Positions 18,105 to 28,303 of a stretch of DNA of 64,000 nucleotides are shown here, one piece after another. The notes below the pieces were generated by a model. The model was not told the origin of the DNA and made no database searches. It was given only the letters and a program-made list of their open reading frames with translations. The position numbers and the translations under genes are program-made. The stretch's first letter is position 1. Every line of letters starts with the position of its first letter. Source of the stretch: Terriglobia bacterium (lineage in GTDB: Bacteria > Acidobacteriota > Terriglobia > 20CM-2-55-15); assembly GCA_963664115.2 (NCBI GenBank), contig CAXWPJ010000012.1, positions 160,001-224,000 of the forward strand. Reading direction: 5' to 3'.

Positions 18105-18647
18105 GCCTTCGATTATATAGAACGTAAAGCACCGGGAAATCCGTTCGTGCTATCTATATAGGTAAGTCGCTTCTTAAGGGATCCCGACCGAAACGTGATG
18201 GCGCGAGTTTCCGCCTGATTAAGCTCAGGGATGGTGAAACACTGCGGGAGAAGAGGGTCACCGGCACAGCGAAGGCTCAGCGCGAACTAGCGGCCTTGCG
18301 ATCGATGCTGGCGAAGGACGAGATTGAAGAAGACGTCGAATGGATCATCGAGCCATGCTCGGCCGTGGGGAGACGCCGGCTCATCTCTGGTTTCGACCGG
18401 CAATAGCGACTGGGCGCATTCAAACGATGAAATCTACGGGAAATGAGTCCAAGGGAAGGCAGAAAAAAGCGACTGGGTCAACCGGAGCAGCAATTCACAT
18501 CCCCAATGGTTGGTTGCAAAAAGCCCACAGCCGGTTAATGGCCAATCCTCAGATCTGAGATTCTTTCTTCAATGTCTCGACGGCCTAGGTTCCGTATGGA
18601 GACATCGTGCCGATAACCGACTCCGTTGCGACCAGATCGACCCAATC

Positions 18648-19442
18648 GGTATTGTCAACTTACGGTGCGAAGGTCAAACTTGTGCCGAATGAGTGCAGTT
18701 CGATCAGGCTGCCGTGATCGCTTCCCAAGTCGCAAAAGAACGTGACCGCAGCATCCTGTGGTGAACCGCTTTTAGTCTGTGCCTGGACAACCGGAAAAGA
18801 TTCAGAACGACGCCATGCACCGAAAGGAAGAGTTGAGCTTGTCGTGGCGACTTGAACCGTCGCATCTGTCGTTCGCGTTGTCGGGTCGGTTGGTGTGAGA
18901 CTTCGGCTCGATTGTTCGCGTACTGTTCGGTGTCATGATTCACCGAAGGCATGATCGTCCGGAGTGCCGCACTGTAACTCTTCAACTTGTCTGTGACCAG
19001 GCGGAACGGAACCTTTCCTTGCCCCTTCAAGAGCTTGCGAAAGAACCGCTCCGCTGCATGACGGTTGCGTCGCGACTGGACGAGGATGTCGATCACGTCG
19101 CCGTCTTGATCCACGGCACGCCACAAATACTGCCGCTGACCATTGATGGTCACGAACACTTCGTCCAGAAACCATGTATCTCCGAGGCGACCTTGTCGTC
19201 GTCTGAGACGCCTGACATATTCGAGACCGAACCGAGCGCACCACCGGCGGATCGTTTCGTAGGACACTACGATTCCTCGTTCGGCAAGAAGATCCTCAAC
19301 ATTCCGGAGGCTGAGGCCGAATTTGTAGTAGAGCCAGACGGCATGACTGATGATTTCGCGTGGGTAACGGTGCCCGTAATAGAGGGATCGCGTGGATTTC
19401 ATCACGCAAGTCTGCCAGTAACGGGCTCAAGTTGACAGTCAG
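18648..19442 (-). mobile_element. IS6-family element
   Basis: IRs GGTATTGTCAACTT and AAGTTGACAGT flank the transposase. Confidence 0.85.
18704..19405 (-). CDS. IS6-family DDE transposase
   Basis: GHRYPREII..AVWLY..F.LS.R, WFLDEVFV, YLWRAVDQDG, NNRAEVSHQPTR. Confidence 0.93.
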   Translation of the reverse strand: MMKSTRSLYYGHRYPREIISHAVWLYYKFGLSLRNVEDLLAERGIVVSYETIRRWCARFGLEYVRRLRRRQGRLGDTWFLDEVFVTINGQRQYLWRAVDQDGDVIDILVQSRRNRHAAERFFRKLLKGQGKVPFRLVTDKLKSYSAALRTIMPSVNHDTEQYANNRAEVSHQPTRQRERQMRRFKSPRQAQLFLSVHGVVLNLFRLSRHRLKAVHHRMLRSRSFATWEAITAA

Positions 19443-19563
19443 TACGGTCTACGAATGGGCGAGGTTTGGTAGGCACAGGAAAGAAGAAACCGTGCATCCG
19501 GTTCGACCCCGTAGAGATCAAATGCTGGTTGGATGAGAGGAAGGTCCACGGGCGAATAAGTAG
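19441..19563 (+). pseudogene. Excisionase/HTH remnant truncated by IS6
   Basis: STVYEWAR... then, shifted, PCIRFDPVEIKCWLDERKV. Confidence 0.55.
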
Positions 19564-19629
19564 AGTGCCCACCTTATCAGATTGATCGATAACGCTTATT
19601 AGTATATAACTTCTATTAGGATATATCGC

Positions 19630-19875
19630 ATGACTCAGAGCAGAACAATCGGCAAGAGTTCAGCCAGACGAATCAAGGGCATCAGGAAACAGTTAGGCAT
19701 GAGTCAGGCACAGTTGGCCAACGCTCTCAGCGTGAACAAGAACACAGTTTCACGATGGGAGCGTGGGGATCTGGTGCCACCAAAGCTGGCTGAACTCGCG
19801 GCCAAGTATCTGCTCGTCACTGCGATCAACAAGGAGCAAGCAAAACATGGGCAAACCAAAGGGAAGAAAAGTTGA
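19630..19875 (+). CDS. XRE-family HTH protein
   Basis: IKGIRKQLGMSQAQLANALSVNKNTVSRWERG. Confidence 0.85.
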   Translation: MTQSRTIGKSSARRIKGIRKQLGMSQAQLANALSVNKNTVSRWERGDLVPPKLAELAAKYLLVTAINKEQAKHGQTKGKKS

Positions 19876-20889
19876 CAGTCCAGCGTTCGGGCTCCTCGAT
19901 TCGATTTGCCGACCGTAATGGGCGAATCTGCCGGGAGAGCACAGGCACAACACAGAAGAAGCTCGCCCAAGCAATCCTCGACAAGACGGACCAGTTGCGG
20001 CCACTTGGATGTTAAGAAGGTTTCTAAAATGTTTTATGAACCTGCACCCAGTATTGGGGCACCTACGGGAACATCTCCGCATGAAGGGCCTCTCCATGAT
20101 CGAAGTTTCATCGGCAATGCCCTGAAAGACATCATGCGATTTCTGAATACCCGGATCGAGCGAGACGAACTGAGCCCGGCGACGAGAAACCGTCATCTCG
20201 TCATGCTACGAGCCTTGTTCAATCGAGCAATCAAGTGGGGGCTGTTGGGAACCAATCCAACGGCGGGAATTGGACGATTGAGAGAAACGGGAGCACGTAC
20301 ACGGTTTCTCGATCAGGACGAGATCAAGGTGTTGTTGGAAGCCGCAAACGATCGATTCCATCCCATCCTGATAACAGCCCTGCACACGGGCATGAGACGT
20401 GGAGAAATTCTCCGACTTCAGTGGCCCGACGTAGACCTCAAAAATCGGACGATTACGATTCAGGAATCGAAGAGCGGAAAGAAACGCATGATCCCAATCG
20501 ACGGCACACTGTGCACAACACTACTGGCGCTCCCTTCCCGCTTTCAGAAGGGCTACGTCTTCCCTTCCCCGCGCAAGGAAAACGCTCCGTACACCGATAT
20601 CAACCATACGTTTCGACGGATCGCCGACAAGGCCAATATTGAAAATGTGCGCTTCCACGACCTGCGCCATACGTTTGCCAGTCATCTGGTCATGAATGGT
20701 GTGGACATTAGAACCGTTCAGGAATTGCTGGGTCATGCCAACGTAACAATGACGATGCGCTACTCTCACCTCTCGCCTGTCCATCGGACACGGGCCGTAC
20801 AAATCCTCGATACAGCCCTCCGAACTGACACAAAAACTGACACAGTGGAAAATCAGACGCAGGCGGGTTCCGCTAACTCATTGAAATAA
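19847..20889 (+). pseudogene. Tyrosine integrase, frameshifted N-terminus, intact catalytic domain (open frame from ATG 20134)
   Basis: TGMRRGE, HDLRHTFAS, LLGH...MTMRYSH; N-terminal IRFADRNGRICRESTGTTQKKLAQAIL lies in another frame. Confidence 0.8.
20823..20844 (+). repeat. Tandem 10-mer, candidate integrase arm-type sites
   Basis: AACTGACACA at 20823 and 20835, ~50 nt from the tRNA 3' end. Confidence 0.5.
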
Positions 20890-20892
20890 CAA

Positions 20893-20965
20893 TGGGACCG
20901 ACCGGACTTGAACCGATGACTTCCTGCGTGTGAAGCAGGCGCTCTTCCAACTGAGCTACGATCCC
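20893..20965 (-). tRNA. tRNA-Val (anticodon CAC)
   Basis: GGGATCGTAGCTCAGTTGGAAGAGCG-CCTGC-TTCACAC-GCAGG-AAGTC-ATCGG-TTCAAGT-CCGGT-CGGTCCCA cloverleaf. Confidence 0.95.
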
Positions 20966-21172
20966 GCAATCGACGTAACAGCGCCTATTTTATCAGTTTG
21001 ACGCTTCGTTGGGCCGTGTGGAGCTGTGTGTTTTTCGTCTGCTTTCCTGGCACCGTAGCCATCCTGAACAACTCCTGCCCGGTCTTGCCTGTAGCTGTTC
21101 CCGGACTTCCAGTGTTTTGAAGGCAGGCTTAGGACCGGCACTGAAGCGGCTGGCTAAACGCCGACACAGAAT

Positions 21173-21328
21173 TCATTCGGCGGTCTTTATCGTTTTCTTC
21201 TTCTTTTTCGGAGGTTCTGGTGGGGGTGCCAGCGCCTCCGCCCGTAGTTCCCGAAGCAGAACTCTCTTGCGAAGTTTTTCTTTCCGTTGGCGATTGTGGC
21301 GCGATTTATCACCGTTCAACTGCGACAT
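21173..21328 (-). CDS. Small basic protein (51 aa), not in the ORF track
   Basis: MSQLNGDKSRHNRQRKEKLRKRVLLRELRAEALAPPPEPPKKKKKTIKTAE*; GAGG upstream. Confidence 0.6.
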   Translation of the reverse strand: MSQLNGDKSRHNRQRKEKLRKRVLLRELRAEALAPPPEPPKKKKKTIKTAE

Positions 21329-21662
21329 TGCTTGGCCTCACGTGGTTGCGTCAAATTATAGATTGCAGCGACTTCTAAAAGTATCCCGGTTTTCGAGAGT
21401 GGCGGTTTCAGGAGACTCGAAGCTGCGCCAATCTCGTGAAAGAACTCCTCTATTGTACGCAATTTTACGATTTCGGATCACGAACGGCATACGCGTGGCA
21501 AAGGACGGGTTGGACTGGCAACGAGGATGACGGGCCTTGTGGTGCGTGCTTTGTGGCTTGCGATTCGAACGCAGCGTGGTAGTAATTGAGCGCGCCTGGC
21601 CACCGTCCGGCTAGACTGTTCCTGTCACCCGGCATGTCGACGACACAGCATGAAAGATCAAT

Positions 21663-22598
21663 ATGAGCGCTGAGCTCTACGTCAAGCAGGATCCCCACCC
21701 GGCGCCACTCGTTTTCCAGATGCCGGAAGGAGCGATTGATGCCCACATGCACGTGATCGGGCCGTTCGACCGGTTTCCCCTGTCGCCGAAGTCGAAGTAT
21801 CAGCCGTTTGCTGCACCCTGGGCGGAACAAAAAGAAATTCTCATCCAACAGATGGGTTTCTGGGGTTTCGTCGTGGTGGGGGCGACCTGCCACGGCACCG
21901 ACAACGGTGTTGTTGTCGACGCACTGGAACACATGGCCGGGAGGGCGGCGGGCGTGGTTGCCGTTACGGAAGATGTGTCGCCAGAGGAACTCAGGCGCAT
22001 GCACGAAGCCGGGGTACGCGGCGTGCGCTTCGCTTTTCTGCCGCACATCACGAGCGAAGCGCCCGGGCCGGACGTGATCCGCCGCATCGCGGAAAGGATC
22101 GCACCGCTGGGTTGGCACACCGATCTCTATTTTCTTCCGGACACCTTTGACGTCATGGAACCCTTGATTCGGTCGCTGCCCACACCCGTCATTATTGATC
22201 ACATGGGACGACCCGATGTGAATGTGCCGGTCGAAGAAAATGATTATTTCAAACGCCTGCTCGACCTGGGTGGGAGCCGGGACGGGATTTTCTGGAAACT
22301 GACTTCTCCGGACCGGCACACGCGGTCCGCGCGCCCCGAAGACTGGACCCCCGCCCTGGGGTTCGCACACGAGTTGCTGAAGCACTTTCCGGGAAACGTC
22401 ATCAGCGGTACCGACCGGCCGCGCCCGAATATGAACACGGTGATCCTTACCCCCAGAGGGGACCCGCCGAACAAGATGCCCAATGATGGCGACATTGCCA
22501 ACCACTGGATCTGGCCCGTGGCGCACAATGATCCCGGCATATTGGAGAGAATCATGGTGGTCAATCCGCGCAAGCTTTACGATTTCAGGGAGCCCTGA
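21663..22598 (+). CDS. Amidohydrolase, 2-pyrone-4,6-dicarboxylate lactonase (LigI)-like
   Basis: DAHMHVIGP..RFP, ATCHGTDN, GVRGVRF, IIDHMGRPDV, GTD.P.PNM. Confidence 0.8.
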   Translation: MSAELYVKQDPHPAPLVFQMPEGAIDAHMHVIGPFDRFPLSPKSKYQPFAAPWAEQKEILIQQMGFWGFVVVGATCHGTDNGVVVDALEHMAGRAAGVVAVTEDVSPEELRRMHEAGVRGVRFAFLPHITSEAPGPDVIRRIAERIAPLGWHTDLYFLPDTFDVMEPLIRSLPTPVIIDHMGRPDVNVPVEENDYFKRLLDLGGSRDGIFWKLTSPDRHTRSARPEDWTPALGFAHELLKHFPGNVISGTDRPRPNMNTVILTPRGDPPNKMPNDGDIANHWIWPVAHNDPGILERIMVVNPRKLYDFREP

Positions 22599-23116
22599 TG
22601 CCGCATTTGAGACTGGAAGTACCGGAAGAATGGATGGGGGACGATTTCATCGAGGCCACAGGCTTCGATGCGAGAAAACTACTGGATCACCTTGTTGAAG
22701 TCGTGGTCGGTCTCCGTATGGAGAAAAACCCCGCCGAAGAACCTCCGCAGGAAGGGCTTGCTGTGCCGGACGAAGCCAATGCAGGGGAATCGGTTCCAAT
22801 GATCAACAAGCGCAATCTCAAGCACGCTCTGATCCCTGTGCATCACTCAGGCGTCGGAGGAGACCGCTCCAGGGGGTTCCTTCACCTCACCCTTGCGGCC
22901 GGCAATGACCAACCCGGTCGCACGGCTCCGGTTCGCAGACGCGCAGCCCGAACCCTCGGCGATGCGATCGACAGCTTTGTGGGCGATCTGCCGGCATTGG
23001 AGTCGGCAACAGTTCACGTTGTGGACATCGACCGCGAACGGGGCTATTCCACGACTGCCGAACGGAAGAAGAAGCGCGAGGAGTCGCCATCAGTTGCCGG
23101 ATCAGCGCGCGGATGA
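22598..23116 (+). CDS. Hypothetical protein, possible tautomerase/CHMI fold
   Basis: Starts MPHLRLE (Pro-1); FLHLTL..G...GRT; overlaps the upstream stop. Confidence 0.55.
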   Translation: MPHLRLEVPEEWMGDDFIEATGFDARKLLDHLVEVVVGLRMEKNPAEEPPQEGLAVPDEANAGESVPMINKRNLKHALIPVHHSGVGGDRSRGFLHLTLAAGNDQPGRTAPVRRRAARTLGDAIDSFVGDLPALESATVHVVDIDRERGYSTTAERKKKREESPSVAGSARG

Positions 23117-23130
23117 CTTCTGATTCACAA

Positions 23131-23167
23131 AAAGCCTTCCGACAGGGAGGCCCTGCCGGAAGGCTTT
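23131..23167. terminator. Hairpin terminator between convergent genes
   Basis: AAAGCCTTCCG...CGGAAGGCTTT. Confidence 0.65.
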
Positions 23168-23194
23168 CTATTGTATTGTTCCAGGGCGGCTGAC

Positions 23195-24094
23195 TTACGC
23201 CGCTACCTGGGTAGCTGCTTCGGATTCAATCATCCGACGTGCAAAACGGATAAAGACCAAGGCCGTCACCGGCATGATCGCTGCGTAGATCAAGGCCGCG
23301 ACTGCGAGATCCGGATTCTGGAGGATGTTAAACGTGATCGCAAATGCCAGAGCCAGGTTCTGGACACCCACCTCGTAAGTGATCGTCACGATCTGGGGAG
23401 CGGGCAGCTTAAACAACTTGCCCAGTCCAAAACCTAATCCCATCGTCAGCAAGTTCATCGTGAGGACCATCACCCCCAAGGTCGTGAACTCGGCCACGAT
23501 GGTTTCCCAACTTGTAATCACACCGAAAGCCAACACGACGTAGAGGAGATAAAGGACCATTTTCCGGATGGGTTCCTCGGCTTGCTTTGCGCGCTCCGAC
23601 CACTTGTGTCGAATGAGCATACCTGCAGCAATTGGGAACAGCGTCAGTGTCGCCAAATTCAAGAGCATGCCCAACACCGGTAATTCGATTTCTGCCGCGG
23701 TCATAAATGTCCGAAGCGCCAGCGCAATCATGAACGGAATCGTGAACACGGTAATGACGCTTGTAACCGCAGCCAGTGTGACGCACAGCGGGACGTCCCC
23801 TCGCGCCGCAAAGGTGTAGGCATTGGACGTCACCCCACTGGGGCATACCGCCAGAATGACCAGGCCAACTGCGACCATCGGCGCCGGGTCAAAGAGCCAC
23901 GCCAGGGCGAAGGCCGTGACCGGCAGTCCGATCAATTGAGCCACGAGTCCAATCCCCGCGGCCTTCGGAAATATAATCACCCGTTTGAAGTCGGCTAAAG
24001 TTAACGATAGGCCTAATCCCAGCATGACGAGACGGAGCACCCAGGGCACCGCCGTAGCGTTGATGAACTGAACCTGATCGGCCAGAAATTCCAT
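23195..24094 (-). CDS. Bile acid:sodium symporter (BASS) family transporter
   Basis: MLGLGLSLT..DF, CPSGVTSN, EVGVQN. Confidence 0.9.
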   Translation of the reverse strand: MEFLADQVQFINATAVPWVLRLVMLGLGLSLTLADFKRVIIFPKAAGIGLVAQLIGLPVTAFALAWLFDPAPMVAVGLVILAVCPSGVTSNAYTFAARGDVPLCVTLAAVTSVITVFTIPFMIALALRTFMTAAEIELPVLGMLLNLATLTLFPIAAGMLIRHKWSERAKQAEEPIRKMVLYLLYVVLAFGVITSWETIVAEFTTLGVMVLTMNLLTMGLGFGLGKLFKLPAPQIVTITYEVGVQNLALAFAITFNILQNPDLAVAALIYAAIMPVTALVFIRFARRMIESEAATQVAA

Positions 24095-24315
24095 AGTCTT
24101 AATTAACTCCCCGAAAAGAAGCGGACGTGCTCACAGACTGTAATTTGCGCTCGTTTCCCCACGGACACAGCCAGCGCCAAAAATCGAATCACTCAGTTCC
24201 GGGCCGTAGACCGGAGTTGCAGCAATTTAAAACCACGTGAAGTCTATTAAATTGGAGGAGTTAAGGTCAATCAAAGCCTTAAAAACGGAACCAAGTTCAT
24301 CAAAGGGCGTCGACC

Positions 24316-26760
24316 GTGGCAGAATGGATTCCTCAAGTTATGTCCCTCGAAAGCCCATTCAAAAAAGGACCGGAGGCGCTGACATGGAACCGGGATTCCG
24401 TTCTGCGGGACTATCGCGTCGGCATCCGAAGCCGCCACTGCAGTGTCCTGGGACGCAAGGAAGTGTTTTCAGGAAAAGCGAAGTTTGGAATCTTTGGTGA
24501 CGGGAAGGAAGTTGCCCAGATGGCCATGGCTTACGCTTTCAAAAAGGGTGATTTCCGGGCGGGCTACTATCGGGACCAGACGTTCATGTTTGCCTTGAAT
24601 CTCCTGACTCCCCAACAGTTCTTTGCCCAACTCTACGCCCATGCGGATCTCGCGGCGGAGCCCGCTTTCGGCGGCCGATCGATGGCTGGTCACTTTGCCA
24701 CCCGGCTATTGAATGACAAGGGAAAGTTCGAACCTCAGGTGGATCGTTATAACTCGTCCGCCGATCTCTCTCCCACAGGCGCCCAGATGCCCCGGCTTGT
24801 GGGACTCGCCTATGCATCCAAACTTTATAGGGAAGTGGACAGCCTGAAGGAATTAGGAGCATCTTTCTCCAACAACGGTGACGAAGTCGCTTTCGGAACC
24901 ATCGGAAACGCCAGCTGCGCCGAGGGCGTGTTCTGGGAAGCGGTCAATGCAGTGGGCGTTCTCCAGGTCCCGATGTTGCTGTCGATCTGGGATGACGGTT
25001 TCGGAATTTCCGTCCCCAACTCTTTTCAGATGACGAAAGGAGATATCGGCCGGATACTGGAAGGCTTTCGCCGTCGGCCGGGCGGACGGCCAGGGCTCGA
25101 CATCTATGTGGCCAAAGGATGGGACTACCCTGAACTTTGTGCCACCTATCTGGAAGCGTCCGCACGTATCCGGGAAGACCATGCACCCGAAATTATTCAT
25201 GTCACTGAGCTGACGCAACCGCTGGGCCATTCCACCTCGGGAAACCATGAGCGCTACAAGTCGCAGCAACGGCTTGAGTGGGAGAAGGAACACGACTGCC
25301 TGCCCAAGATGCGTGAATGGATTCTGCAAAAGGGCTTCGCTGATTCAGAGGAGTTGGACGCACTCGAAGAAGTGGAGAACCAGAACGTCCTGGCCGCACG
25401 CGACAAGGCGTGGTTGGAATACCGAACCCCAATCGAAAATGAGCGACAGTTGGTCCTGTCGATGACGCAGACACTCGAAACAACATCCGGGAAAAAGGAA
25501 AAGATAGCCGGTCTGAGGCGATCGCTCGAGAGCAAGACCATTCCCCTGCGGAGGGACATTATGGCGTCCGTCATGGAAACTCTTCTCACCGTGAAAGACG
25601 AAGATTTAGACACCGTGGCATTGCGGAAATGGAAGCGGGAGCAGGACAGTGTGAACCAGCGGCGTTACAGTTCAGATCTTTATAGCGAAACGTCTGAATC
25701 CGCGCTAACGGTCCCGATAGTACCGGCCCGGTATTCAGGCGATCCGGCTGTTGTCAAAGGCTTCGAAATTATGCAGGCCTCTATGGACGCCGCTTTTTCA
25801 CGATATCCAAACCTGATCGCACTCGGAGAAGATGTAGGCCTCCTCGGAGGCGTCAACCAGGGTTGGGCGCACCTCCAGGAAAAATACGGTACGGAAAGAA
25901 TTACAGACACCGGAATCCGCGAGGCCACTATTGTCGGACAGGCGATTGGAATGGCCTTGAGGGGCCTTCGCCCCATCGCGGAAATTCAATATCTGGACTA
26001 CATCCTGTACGCGCTCCAGATTATCTCCGACGATCTGGCGTCGCTACGATGGCGCACGCGAGGCGGGCAGAAAGCGCCAGTCATCATCAAGACACGAGGC
26101 CATCGGCTCGAGGGTATTTGGCATTCGGGCTCGCCCATGGCGGGGATCATCAACCTCGTTCGGGGCATCTACGTTTGTGTCCCCAGAAACTCTGTCCAGG
26201 CTGCAGGGTTTTACAACACGATTCTCCGTTCCGATGACGCGGCCCTGGTTGTCGAAGTTCTGAACGGCTATCGCAGAAAAGAAGCGATGCCGGAAAATAT
26301 CAGCGACTTCACACTCCCGCTGGGTGTGCCCGAGATTTTGCGGGAAGGCGGGGACGTTACCGTAGTCACCTATGGCGCATGTTGTCCGATCGCCGAAGCG
26401 GCGGCGACTCTACTCGCAACTGTCGGTATCGAGGTCGAGATCATCGACGTGCGCACGTTGCTCCCGTTCGACCTCGATGGAGTCATCGTCAATTCACTGA
26501 AGAAAACCAATCGAATTCTTTTCCTGGACGAGGACTGTCCGGGAGGCGCAACTGCATACATGATGCAGGAAGTGCTTGAGCGCCAAGCGGGCTATGAGTG
26601 CCTCGACAGCCCGCCCAGAACACTGACCGCCCAGGCCCATCGTCCCGCCTATGGTTCCGATGGAGACTATTTTTCCAAACCCAATCGAGAACAGATCGTC
26701 GAGGCGGTCTACGAGCTGATGCGCAGCCACGATCCTGTAAAATTTCCCCCGTTCGTCTGA
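24316..26760 (+). CDS. Fused 2-oxoacid dehydrogenase E1 alpha/beta (branched-chain type)
   Basis: GKAKFGIFGDGKE, GYYRDQT, GHSTSG.HERYK, DTGIREATIVG, RPAYGSDGDYFSKP. Confidence 0.88.
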   Translation: MAEWIPQVMSLESPFKKGPEALTWNRDSVLRDYRVGIRSRHCSVLGRKEVFSGKAKFGIFGDGKEVAQMAMAYAFKKGDFRAGYYRDQTFMFALNLLTPQQFFAQLYAHADLAAEPAFGGRSMAGHFATRLLNDKGKFEPQVDRYNSSADLSPTGAQMPRLVGLAYASKLYREVDSLKELGASFSNNGDEVAFGTIGNASCAEGVFWEAVNAVGVLQVPMLLSIWDDGFGISVPNSFQMTKGDIGRILEGFRRRPGGRPGLDIYVAKGWDYPELCATYLEASARIREDHAPEIIHVTELTQPLGHSTSGNHERYKSQQRLEWEKEHDCLPKMREWILQKGFADSEELDALEEVENQNVLAARDKAWLEYRTPIENERQLVLSMTQTLETTSGKKEKIAGLRRSLESKTIPLRRDIMASVMETLLTVKDEDLDTVALRKWKREQDSVNQRRYSSDLYSETSESALTVPIVPARYSGDPAVVKGFEIMQASMDAAFSRYPNLIALGEDVGLLGGVNQGWAHLQEKYGTERITDTGIREATIVGQAIGMALRGLRPIAEIQYLDYILYALQIISDDLASLRWRTRGGQKAPVIIKTRGHRLEGIWHSGSPMAGIINLVRGIYVCVPRNSVQAAGFYNTILRSDDAALVVEVLNGYRRKEAMPENISDFTLPLGVPEILREGGDVTVVTYGACCPIAEAAATLLATVGIEVEIIDVRTLLPFDLDGVIVNSLKKTNRILFLDEDCPGGATAYMMQEVLERQAGYECLDSPPRTLTAQAHRPAYGSDGDYFSKPNREQIVEAVYELMRSHDPVKFPPFV

Positions 26761-26875
26761 CTGTCTTTTTTTAGATTGGTGTAGTATCCGGACGCGTGGG
26801 CCTCTATTCAGTCGAGTCAAAGGATTAGCAGGTCACAAAAAAACACCGAGTCAGGTATCAAGGCAGGAAATCCGA

Positions 26876-28159
26876 GTGAGCCAATCAGAAGCCGCTATCC
26901 CAACACAAATGCACTGGTACTCGACCATTACGCGATACCAATGGAAAATCTTGCTTGCAGCAAAGCTCGGTTGGATGTTGGACGCGATGGATTTCATGCT
27001 GTACGCGATAGCGGTCAGCGAACTCGCAGCCTACTTCGGGTTCAGCGACGCCACTGCGGGCATCCTGGGGACCGTCGCTCTCGCGACCTCCGCCCTCGGA
27101 GGCATCACTTTCGGTTTCGTCGCAGACCGCGTGGGCCGGACGCGCGCACTGATGTTCACGATCCTCATCTTCTCGCTGGCGTCACTCGGGACCGCGACTT
27201 CCCAATCTTTACTCCAGCTGTTGCTGTGGCGCGCCTTGCTCGGAATCGGCATGGGTGGCGAATGGGCTACAGGCGCGGTGCTCATCAGCGAGACGTGGCC
27301 ACCAGCCCATCGCAATAAAGCAATCAGCATCATGCAGACGGGTTGGGCACTGGGGTACCTCCTGGCCGCGGTTCTCGGGGCCATCATACTGGGCTCGGCC
27401 TGGCTGGGTGCCGATTCGTGGCGGCTGTTGTTTGCCCTGGGAGCGGCTCCGGCCTTGCTGGTGCTGTGGGTGCGTCGCAGCGTTGAAGAGCCGGCTGTCT
27501 GGACCGAACAGCGTGCCACTCCCCGGAGCCAGCGCCCAAACCAGTTCGCCGTGATATTCGGTCGAGACCTCATTGGCCGGACGCTGTTGATTATCCTGCT
27601 CAGCTCCACAGTCCAGTTCGCTTACTGGGGCGTGTTCTTCTGGCTGCCGGCTTTTCTCGCCAGACCCATCGCAGACGGGGGCGCCGGTATGGGCATTGTC
27701 GGCTCACTCGGGTGGATCATTCCCGTGCAGGTCGGGGCGTACTTTGGATACCTCACCTTCGGATTTATCGCAGACAAGATCGGACGGCGGCGCACCTTCG
27801 TCATGTTCATGCTCGCGGCGGCGGTTCTGGTTCCGGTCTACGGACAGATGGCGCGCAGCCCGCTGATCCTCTTGCTGCTTAGCCCTCTTCTGGGCTACGT
27901 CGGCCACGGTTACCTTTCAATGTTCGGCAGCTTCATCTCCGAACTGTTCCCGACATCGGTGCGTGCGACCGGCCAGGGAACCAGTTTCAGCATCGGCCGT
28001 CTGATCGGCGGTCTGGCACCCTTCGTCATTGGTTATCTCGGGGCCTTGCCGGGAGTCGGTATCGGCCTGGCGCTCGGCATCACCTCGGGATTCTTTTTGT
28101 TGGCAGCTCTTTTGGTTTTCACGCTTCCCGACAGGAGCGGCCAGCCGCTCGAAGCTTAA
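26876..28159 (+). CDS. MFS transporter (aromatic acid/carboxylate type)
   Basis: GWMLDAMD, G.VADRVGR, GIGMGGEW, ELFPTSVRATG. Confidence 0.9.
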   Translation: MSQSEAAIPTQMHWYSTITRYQWKILLAAKLGWMLDAMDFMLYAIAVSELAAYFGFSDATAGILGTVALATSALGGITFGFVADRVGRTRALMFTILIFSLASLGTATSQSLLQLLLWRALLGIGMGGEWATGAVLISETWPPAHRNKAISIMQTGWALGYLLAAVLGAIILGSAWLGADSWRLLFALGAAPALLVLWVRRSVEEPAVWTEQRATPRSQRPNQFAVIFGRDLIGRTLLIILLSSTVQFAYWGVFFWLPAFLARPIADGGAGMGIVGSLGWIIPVQVGAYFGYLTFGFIADKIGRRRTFVMFMLAAAVLVPVYGQMARSPLILLLLSPLLGYVGHGYLSMFGSFISELFPTSVRATGQGTSFSIGRLIGGLAPFVIGYLGALPGVGIGLALGITSGFFLLAALLVFTLPDRSGQPLEA

Positions 28160-28303
28160 TTACGAAGACGGTGGCAGAAGAAGATCTGCCAGGTGTTTCC
28201 CAATACGGAATTTCGGGGACAACATTTGGTTGACAGTGCAAATGCACGGCTCGATGATGACGGTTATGAACAAACGGATCATGGCGGCAGGTCAATCATA
28301 CCG

